From the human T2T-CHM13v2.0 reference genome, Homo sapiens: 64,000 nt of DNA. The translations under genes and the position numbers were made by a program. The stretch is taken from assembly GCF_009914755.1 (NCBI RefSeq), contig NC_060935.1. The stretch is one strand, 5' to 3'. Positions 55,228-64,000 of the stretch are shown piece by piece. The notes below the pieces were generated by a model. It ran no database searches, was not told the origin of the DNA, and saw nothing but the letters and a program-made list of their open reading frames with translations. The stretch's first letter is position 1. Each line of letters opens with the position of its first letter.

Positions 55228-56153
55228 TAGATCCCAGAGTGAAGTCACATTTTTTCCACTATCACCCAACTTGTTAGGGAGGATTAACTGGGCCGATACA
55301 CTCAGGACTAGAACACAAGATTCTAACTCAGCCTTGCATGCGAGATAAGAATATAATGCCCTCTTACTATGTTGTAAGACCAGCTGCAGAGGAGCTCATG
55401 CTCCAAGAGGAAGATTTTCTTGGAGATTTTAGTAGTTTTAAGATTTGTGCAATTGTGTTTGGAAATCCAATATCATTTTTAACTGTGAGACGGTAACACT
55501 GCCCATGATTATTACAGTGTGGAGTAGTTCTTCTGGAACAACTTTTGGGTATAGATTTATGATGGCCAATTATTTAGAGGTCTTTCTCCCCTTAAAAATC
55601 TGCAAAAATTGTGGAAATCTAAATTTCCCTGTCTAAAACTATGGAGTATGCTTACTTTTAAAATATAATACAATCCCCCCCATTGCAAAATAAAAATTGG
55701 TATATTTTTAAGAAGTCCTAAAGAACACTTAAATTATTTCCAATTCGATTCCTCCCATTCCTTGTTCTTGAAAGAAAACAATAACAAAAACAAAAACTTT
55801 AGTCAAATGTTGTTAAGGCTCAGGAATGATCGATGGCTTATATGAAAGGTCCTCATCAAAGCATATGATTTAGAAAAGAAGGAGACTCATTTTTTTCCCC
55901 AGTCTACCTTCCCATGTTTTTTCCTTTCTGAAATGGAGTTTTATTCAAGGAAAAAAAAAAAAAAAGCAAGACTTCATGATATATGTCTTGCCTACCAGAG
56001 AAATTTGACAAAAAAAAAAATTTGTTGACCAAACTCTAGCTGACAGACATACTTAATCTATTATCTCGATAAAATCAACTTCAAGGAAGATCTCAGATTG
56101 TGCTGTCATCAAAATTGATTTTATCAAACAAGATAATCTTTGCTGTCAACAAG

Positions 56154-56303
56154 CAGCACTTTCTTAAAACTCTTAAGATTTCTTCTATTCACTCCACCCC
56201 ACTGCCCTTGGAAGACAAAAGACGTTTGCAAGGTAATCATGATCATAAGTCATCACTTAGAATCTCCCCAAACAGAACCAAGCGGCAGGAGGTTGAACTT
56301 CAG
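56154..56303 (+). repeat. Copy 2 of a dispersed direct duplication
   Basis: Same sequence with an extra 15-nt segment. Confidence 0.9.
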
Positions 56304-56399
56304 GAAGCAGCTTTCAGGCTACATTCATGTTTAAGGAAAAGAAAGCTGAAATAGTAAATTTAGATAGCTACATGTTGAAAATACTCCCCCCCGGATACA

Positions 56400-56750
56400 A
56401 GATGTCCATTGTTTGAAGCAATAAAGTGCAAATGAAACCCGTCTTTACATGCACAATTGGGCATGTGCTTCCATAAATGCCTGATTGTGTATGCAAATGA
56501 GTGTTTTGCGCACCCAGTTACCTGCTTGCTGTATTCAGATTTTTAGGGTCGATGTAAGTGCTTTTATTATTTTTTTAATAAAATTGTTCTAAATTATCTG
56601 TGGATGAATGATGCTTTAGAAAATTGTTATTTCCCTAAAATCCAGATTTAAACAAGCGCCTCTGAAACTTTGCAATGAATAGTTATGTATTAGTAAAGTC
56701 ACGTGCAGAATTCAAGCAATTATCTGGGTGCTTCAAGGTAAACATACCAC
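56400..56750. promoter_or_regulatory. Candidate enhancer-like unique segment
   Basis: CCATTGTT, ATGCAAAT 56491, GTCACGTG 56698, GTAAACA 56738 in repeat-free DNA. Confidence 0.3.
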
Positions 56751-58565
56751 TGTGCATACATTTGTCACATAATTCTGTTATTTTAGGTAGAAGAAAGGGC
56801 CTAGTTCATCCAGCTCATGTAGCTTTGCACTTTATTTAACTAATTCAGTCAAAACACAGGGCCTAGAATATAAGGCAGTTTCAGCCTCCTCTTGGAATAC
56901 ATGCTGGCATAGGGAAGTGGATCCATTGCACCACAGTGATCATATGTCCAAGCGAATAAGCCTTCCATATAATGCCTCCTGACTTGCATTTATTCTGGCT
57001 TTTCTCGGAAAAGAAATAGCGAATGTGAGGATACACTAAATTAAGGCTACAGAACTGTGAGTGGAGAGGAAAAATCTCTGAATAATTTTCTTGACACTTC
57101 ATTCAACCCCTTCAGGACCTATGGTGATAAAGCACTGAAGATTTATTTTAATGTGTAAAAACCCTGCTCTGTTCCCCTGGGAGATGCTAAAGAAGACACT
57201 GGGAGGCTCGGGGATAGTTTATATTTATCAGGTAAAGTACTGTCTGCTCACTAATAAGCTTCATAAATATTTTTCCCTTCTCTTGAACTTAAAGAAGATC
57301 CAGATTTGCAATCTAAAAAAAGAGAAAAAAAGAAACAAATTTCAAAGGTTCTAATACGTTAGTAGAAAAATGTATCTGCATTACTAGCTGCTTTGTTGGC
57401 GAGACTGTTTGAATATCATTTATGTAATCCTGACTTCATTGACACGCCATCAACTAGCCAAGCATTTAATCACCAAGATAGATGACTAGGTCAGGCGCAT
57501 ACTACCTATTTATATATTTTTTACTTCTGTAGTTGTTAAACCTAGAAAAGGAATTAGATTTTTTTTTTTTTAACTGAATTTGAAGCTGAATTTTTCTGGC
57601 GACTCTTTCTGGGTGAAAATATCAGTCCACAAGATGTTACACAACAGTCCCTTACTGATGATTTCTCCCTATTTCCACCGTTTTTTTCCAATCCTGGCAG
57701 ATCGGACCTTCTTAAGCTTCATCACTGAGACCAGACCACCCCCACATTTTAAGCCTGGTTCTCCCAAAGTAGGGGACAGACCTGGAATCGTACGCTAGCC
57801 TTTCTCTGAGCCTGCTGTTGAGGCTGTTGAAGGCTTGGAAACCTCCATCTTTCAGTGGCCACAGTTACTACTCTTGAGCCACAGCTTCAAAATAATTTAG
57901 CCCATAGTCTAAGTTTCCCTTGTTCAGCAGGTTTGTGCCCCTGACATTTGCTGCCAGCTATCTTTGATGCTGAATTTTATTTTTTTGGCTTCCTAGTACT
58001 TCTAGACTGGCATCCTAGACTTTGGTCTTTGCTTGGACTTTTGATTATGTATCTAAGTTCTACTTTGAATATTAAAGTTCTTAAATATTAGTTTATATAT
58101 TTACTTCCTCCTATTCCCTCAGGCATTAATTAAGTGACTAATATGTTCCAGGCAGGTATTAGAACCTGGCAGTGCTCAGGACACATAGACATTGTCCATA
58201 TGGAACTTTCTTGTGTCTAGATTCATTCACACTGATTGATCACGTGCCTGTGTTCAGAGCCAGGCTCTTCTGGGACCCAGAGGTCACCTGCTCTTCCATG
58301 TCCTGCTCAGGATAGTCTCTGCCTTTGGGAGACTTCTAATCTGCATTGGAAGATTGGGAAAGCTTTCCTTATTGGAGCAGCCACTTCTGTCCTACCCACC
58401 TCATGGGCAATGAAGTTGGAGAAGGACTTAGGAACTAATATCATATTCTAAAGGGAAGAGTGGCATGGAAAACATGAACTTCTGCATTTGTTTTCTTTAA
58501 GAGGCACTACGTGGAGAAGCATAGTATTAGATGTCAACTGCAATCACTTTTCTTCAGAAAGCTAA

Positions 58566-58578
58566 AGAGCATATATAC

Positions 58579-58634
<56 letters not shown>

Positions 58635-58670
58635 GAGAGAGAGAGCATATATACAGACTATATATATATA
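58566..58670 (+). repeat. (TA)24 with duplicated flank
   Basis: TA run 58583-58630; agagcatatatacagactata repeated at 58566 and 58642. Confidence 0.95.
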
Positions 58671-58832
58671 TGATGTATACATATCCAGCTTGATGTAATT
58701 AATATATTAATATAGATCTTGTAACTCTGGTGTTCAGACCCCTGTATTTAATAGCTATAATAGAAATCACTATAGCTGGTAACAGAAAAAAAGTCATATT
58801 CTGTGGCTTTATGTCAAGAGAGAATTATATTT

Positions 58833-59435
58833 AGAATTTAGTTTATAGTTTAACCTTAAAGCAAGGATGACAATAGCCTTTCCCAAAACTAAACCACACT
58901 TGTAAAACTAATCAACGTCCACAAAGTTAGGATTATTACAGGGGCTTGAATTCTGCTAAGATATGGGTGTGGTTAAAAGATAACCAGCTGTTGTTTTGGA
59001 GGTCACAAGATATGTAACTTCCCCAATTACTCTTACACATAACATCACTATTGTGGAACCTCTGATTGGCCTTTTGAGATGTCTTTTAAGACTTTTAAAT
59101 TGCTGACTCCATCCAGATCTGCTGCTTGTGATTCAACAGGCCCTGTGACCCCACCCAAAGGCAGACTCAGTGCATGAGGACTGTTTTCCATACCCCTATG
59201 ATTTCATTCCCAACCAACCAACCAACACTCCCATTCCCTAGCCTCCTGCCCACCAAACTATCCTTTAAAACCCCTAACCTCTAAGCCTTTAGGAAGACTG
59301 ATTTGAGTAATATCTCCAGTTCTTTGCTGTGGCCAGCCTCGCGTCAATTAAACTCTTTCTCTACTGCATTGTCATAGTCTCAGTGAACTGGTTTTTTCTG
59401 CGCAGCGGGTAGGAAGAATTTGTTGGGTGACTACA
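58833..59435 (+). mobile_element. LTR8-family (LTR8B-like) solo LTR, 3' piece
   Basis: agaatttagtttatagtttaaccttaaagcaaggatga...ggaggtcacaagat...caattaaactctttctctactgca...gggtgactaca, followed by GATA. Confidence 0.9.
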
Positions 59436-59500
59436 GATACTGGAGCAGTTTTCTAGATCTTTTGACTCACCGTACTGCTTTCTTGTAGCCACGTGATGAT
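59436..59500 (-). mobile_element. MIR 5' half (partner of 36906-37030)
   Basis: Minus strand gaaagcagtacggtgagtcaaaaagatctagaaaactgctccagtatc resembles the MIR 5' region. Confidence 0.5.
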
Positions 59501-60959
59501 TATTTTCTTCAAAGAGAGCTCTACACCCTTGCATTCAAAAGATGTTGGCAACATGTCATTACCTATGGACCTACCTTGATTAGAAAAATCAAAACTGGTC
59601 AGGACCCAGTACAGCTTTTAACACGTGAGGAAAGAGCAGGCGGGTGGTCTGAAAGCTCCTTTCAGCAGAGAGATGTGCAGAATTTACTAAATGAGAGAAG
59701 CTTAGGTGCCTAGAAAACAGGTTTACTGAGAAGAAAGTTCCGGCAGCTTGCCAGAGGCATGCTCTCAAAATGTGAGAGGCAGCATCTCAACTCTTCACCT
59801 AACTATGTGCAAGGTGACACTTGGGGACATGTGAGCAGGACAAGGCAGGAGCCCTGCTGGATGGTTGTAGATTTAAGCTAGCCCCAACCCCTGGGTCCAT
59901 CACTCATTCCCATAAATCGCACTTATGCTTCTCCCTGGAATAGCAATCATTGCAGCCCCTCCCACCTCCTTGTGTTCTATGGAACCTAAAGTTCCTGAAT
60001 CCGAACACAATCCTTTCACTGTTAAGACTGGCACTTTACATAATCCTCATGTTTGCAGGCCGACTAAATGTAAATATATGCAAATATACTGGCAAGTTGG
60101 TCTGGCCCTCAGGCCTTCCAAAGAGACCTTTCCTGCTGCAAAAGTTGAGCATTGCCTGCTTAGAGGGAGAAGGATTAAGGAGCTGGTAAAAGAAGAGAGG
60201 GGACAACAGATAACTTTAGAAAGTAATATAGTGGGGAAAGAAGATGTAAGCATAACCTTCCTATAAATAAGCAAGTCACAGCTAGAAAGCAAAGCTCTGC
60301 TAAGGTAGCACTGGGATGGCTGTCATCGACAGTAGCTAGGCCTGGGGAGCATTTACTCACTAGAGGCAGAAAATCACTGCAAGGCAATAGTTTCTGAGGC
60401 AAATGTGAGCATCTCCTAAATTGCATGAGGCCCAGAAATTGTTTTCCCCTTCCTAACGTTAGAGAAGTCTATAAAACTTCTCTTGCTACAGCCACAATAG
60501 GTACTTTGTTGCTGATGTTTCACCTAGAAACCTCAGAAGAACCTGCTCACCCTGGCAGAGTTGCCCTGCCAGCATTCCACAGACTTCCACAGCAAGAAAT
60601 GGGAGGAGAAAGAGCGAGGCAGGATGCATATCCCGGAGCCTGAGCAAACCCACAACAATGAGCACATCATCTCTAACGAAAGGCAATGAGCAGTGTGGGT
60701 GGGACTGCAAACATCAGTGCGTGGCTTGGTAGGATGGAAGCAAAAATTAGGAACCCCGGGATAAGCACAAGAGGAGAGTCTTCACATCTCCTAAATCAAG
60801 AATTTACTTAGAGCCAAGGGAGAAAGGATTGGTCATTAGCATCAGCCACACATTGCAGTTACCCACGCCTGTAAAATATGGGAGTTGTAGTTTATTTGTT
60901 CACCCACACATATGCCTGAATCAATTTGTTTGAGTTCTCTCCAACCAAATATTGTCATT

Positions 60960-61250
60960 TCTTTTATCATGAAATACTTATTGATTACTCATTACATGCC
61001 AGACGCATTCAATAAGCATTTTTGAGCGTCTAATCTATGTGAGTTCTGTGCCTTAGGGATAAACATTTCTGTTCATATAGAGGGAAAGACTTTGTTCCCA
61101 TCCTCAGAGTGGATACATTTTGGTGGTGAAGACAGTGTAATGTGTAACGCAGTAGTTACGGTGTGGTGTGATAGAGCCACACCCAGGAGTTTGGCAAGTG
61201 GGAAAGCCTGAGCTCATATGACACCTTCAGGTATTTAGAAGAGAGAGCCC
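60960..61250 (-). mobile_element. L2 3' fragments
   Basis: cattcaataagcatttttgagcgtctaatctatgtg...gttcccatcctcagagtgg. Confidence 0.65.
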
Positions 61251-63139
61251 TGAACCAAGCAGGCAGAAGTAGGGCGCTGCAGGGTGCACTAAAGGGCAGG
61301 GAGAGGGTGGGGATCGCCCCAGGCCTGCCATGACATGACCATCAGGGCACACTGCACCTCCTGGGAAGGCCCTGAGTAGGACAACTTCTGCCTGGCATAA
61401 GCATTGTGTGTTGTGGACCTTCTCAGGAGAAGGCAAGCTGTCCATTAAGGGATTGTTCCAGTATCCTCTGGTCTCTCCCTCTAAGCAGGTGGCATGTCTA
61501 CACACCAGGGGCCTACACCTGCAACTCTAGGCAGCAGGCATCACCTGGACAGGATCTGGTGGAGAAGCTGGGTGAGGCCTCTATCTCAGAGGCACTAAGG
61601 CTCACCTTACTCAGGAAACTGGGGGCCCCTCATGACGGTAAAGTGGCTTTGTATTTGACATGCCACCACATCCTGAACATATATGTTCCTTAAGGACGTC
61701 AATGCTGGTTAGAATCTGTTCCAGTTCAGCTTGAGGAAAGGCACTGAGAGGCCCTTCCACGCACACCTCCACCTCCTCTCCTTGCCCAGAGCTGCCACTT
61801 TCACCTCTTAAGGCAGGTGCAAGAGATCCCAGGTCAGGCCTGTCCTGTTTGAGATGCTCCCAGCACCTGCCTGGCACTTTTTCAAAGTGAGTTTCCTTTG
61901 AACATTGCCTGGACACCTGCTGATTGCCCCTGGTCTCTCTCAGAGCTATCCTTGGGCGTCTTTTTAATGGCCTGGCCTTAATTGCATTTTCCTGTATGCA
62001 CTGTGGCAGTCAGCATGCAGTTTAATAAAACATTTTCAAACCACTGGGCCCATTCTTCCCTTCCCACCTACATCTTATGCAGTACAAGATTTTAAGCCTT
62101 ATTTTGAAGGTGATTGATTTGGTGTATTTTCCACTTGCTTTCCTGCTGTGGGGACATTTTGCCTCTATGTGTGATAAATTTTTTTAAAGGAACTTTGATT
62201 TTCCTGTCCCCTCACTTTCCACCCTGCTGTTGCAGAACCAAGGACTGGGAAGCTTTACTCCTCAAGTAGCTATTTTGCCTTCTCCAATTCTGTGATTAGT
62301 TGTTGGTGCTTTGGATTAGCCGTGGCCAGTGCTCAGGGGTTGTCATTCAGGGCTCACATCGGCAGGGTGTTTGAAAGGAGGTGATGGAGATGTGTGTACC
62401 ACAGCTACCGACGGTTTTTCTTTTGAAACTAGAGAATAGGCCGATATTTAATTGTATATTGTTTTGTCTTATTCTGGATGTGATTACAGATAAGGGAAAT
62501 TCATTACCAATGAAGAGATTCCATTGGGTATGCAGTAGTGGCCCCTGAAAGACACAGACTTGGGGAGGTCTCTACATTTTCTATTTCCTGGCATAAGTAA
62601 TATCGATGCTGGGATGGAAGGCTCTTAAGGAAAGCAAAACCTATGATGAAAGCTTTGATGATGTCTTGCTGATATTATTTCTCTTTTGTTTCAAAGTTAT
62701 CTGCTTCATCTCTTCATTCTCTCTCAATGAGTACAATTGTGTGTGTGTGTTTTTCAGAAGTACATCTTGAACATGAGATTATAAAATTATGACAACAATA
62801 TCAAAACTAGTTATAAGAAGAATATTTTAAAATAGCAAGAATGTTATAAGATATTGAGAACAGAGGTATCACACATAAACACACACACATGTTCACATGT
62901 ATTAAAAAGGAGGCACAGTTATTCCATTGTTATCCACAAAATCTAACATAATTTATCAAAACTTATGATGCCAATGCTTTTATGTGATAAAATCATATTA
63001 GGATAAGTGAAGGGACAGTTCTAAAAGTTGCTGAACCACCCTGGCATAATATTTGTCATGCAATCTCAGAAGCATTTTCAGGAATTAACCTAGCAGTGGA
63101 AAACAAATAATTTTAATAAACTATAGAGGGTTGCACCTT

Positions 63140-63320
63140 AATGCCCAACCTCATGAAGAAGGTGGGGCATGCTTTCTTTCCCACAGTTGACAGATGAAGA
63201 TTCTGAAACATAGCAAGGTTGAGTAAATCATTTCAGGTCACAGAGCAAGTGGTCAAACCAGGAGTGAAATTTTACATACCTTCCTCCTAGAAGCAGCTCA
63301 GTAATTGAGACTCTTTTCCA
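63140..63320 (-). mobile_element. MIR
   Basis: ttgacagatgaaga...gaaaca...aggttgagtaa...aggtcacagagcaagtgg. Confidence 0.75.
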
Positions 63321-63545
63321 TATATAGGAATTAAGGCTTTAGCCAACATTAGTATTGCCTTTTCTGTTGAATATACCTCAAAATTAGAGCACTTGGAAAA
63401 TGCAAGCCCAACCCTCAGTGGCCAGCAATGTGATTAGTTCTCAGTGGTGGTGTGGAAAGGAAGGAGGGTGGCATAGGGTGAGAGGCAGACACCTGGCCTG
63501 CTCCTGCTGTGCCCCACGTGGGAATATTTTAAAAAGTTCATTCCT

Positions 63546-63730
63546 ACCCTGTCTCTACTAAAAATACAAAACAGCCAGGCATGGTGGCACGAGCCTGTAA
63601 TCCCAGCTTCTCGGGAAGCTGAGGCATGAGAATCACTTGAATGCAGGAGGCAGAGGTTGCGGTGAGCCGAGACAATGCCGCTGCACTCCAGCCTGGGTGA
63701 CAGCGTGAGACTCCATCTCTAAAAAAGAAA
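63546..63730 (+). mobile_element. 5'-truncated AluS
   Basis: accctgtctctactaaaaatacaaaa...gcactccagcctgggtgacag...ctccatctc plus A tail. Confidence 0.92.
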
Positions 63731-64000
63731 AGCTGGCTCCTGCTCTTGCCTCTTGCTGAAGGAGCTCAGGCAGAGCGGTCGGAGAGCAGAGACCCTCCCT
63801 GGGGAGTGTGCCATTTGCCCAGAGAACCGCAGGGTGTCCTGGAACAAGGTGCAGATTGGGCTTGCACCGGGAGGGCTGCATGCAGAGCCTCAGGGAGGCT
63901 GGCTCTGCTCTTTGATTTTCCCACCCCCAACCAGGGAGGCGCCCTCAGAACACCAAGCCACGGGCGAGGCTCCTCTGTCTCTTCCTTCTTTCTCTTGACT

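Noticed and set aside
62740-63045. Possible Charlie/hAT transposon remnant
   Set aside because: Only a weak terminal resemblance (aaaagttgctgaaccac); not enough to call.

Overview
Primate (very likely human) non-coding DNA of about 40% GC, dense in interspersed repeats: Alu J/S/Y, L1M/HAL1, L2, MIR, ERVL/ERV1/MaLR LTRs and DNA-transposon MITEs. No intact protein-coding gene is supported, and the only ORF with protein homology is a decayed ERVL reverse-transcriptase fragment (6821-7024). The main result is sequence-internal evidence for a ~22-kb inversion (about 36,778-58,840). One LTR8-family solo LTR is split into a 5' piece on the minus strand (36778-36905) and a 3' piece on the plus strand (58833-59435). 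The two pieces overlap by an inverted 8-bp microhomology and share the 4-bp target duplication GATA. The MIR that hosted the LTR is also split into two oppositely oriented halves. Inside the inverted segment is a neural-type 9-nt microexon cassette (53096-53104) with a UGC-containing polypyrimidine tract. It is two substitutions away from an E-V-E codon string, so it may be a microexon switched off by the inversion (hypothesis: the SPOCK/testican EVE exon). Repeat family names come from recalled consensus sequences, not a RepeatMasker run, and boundaries of old repeats are approximate.
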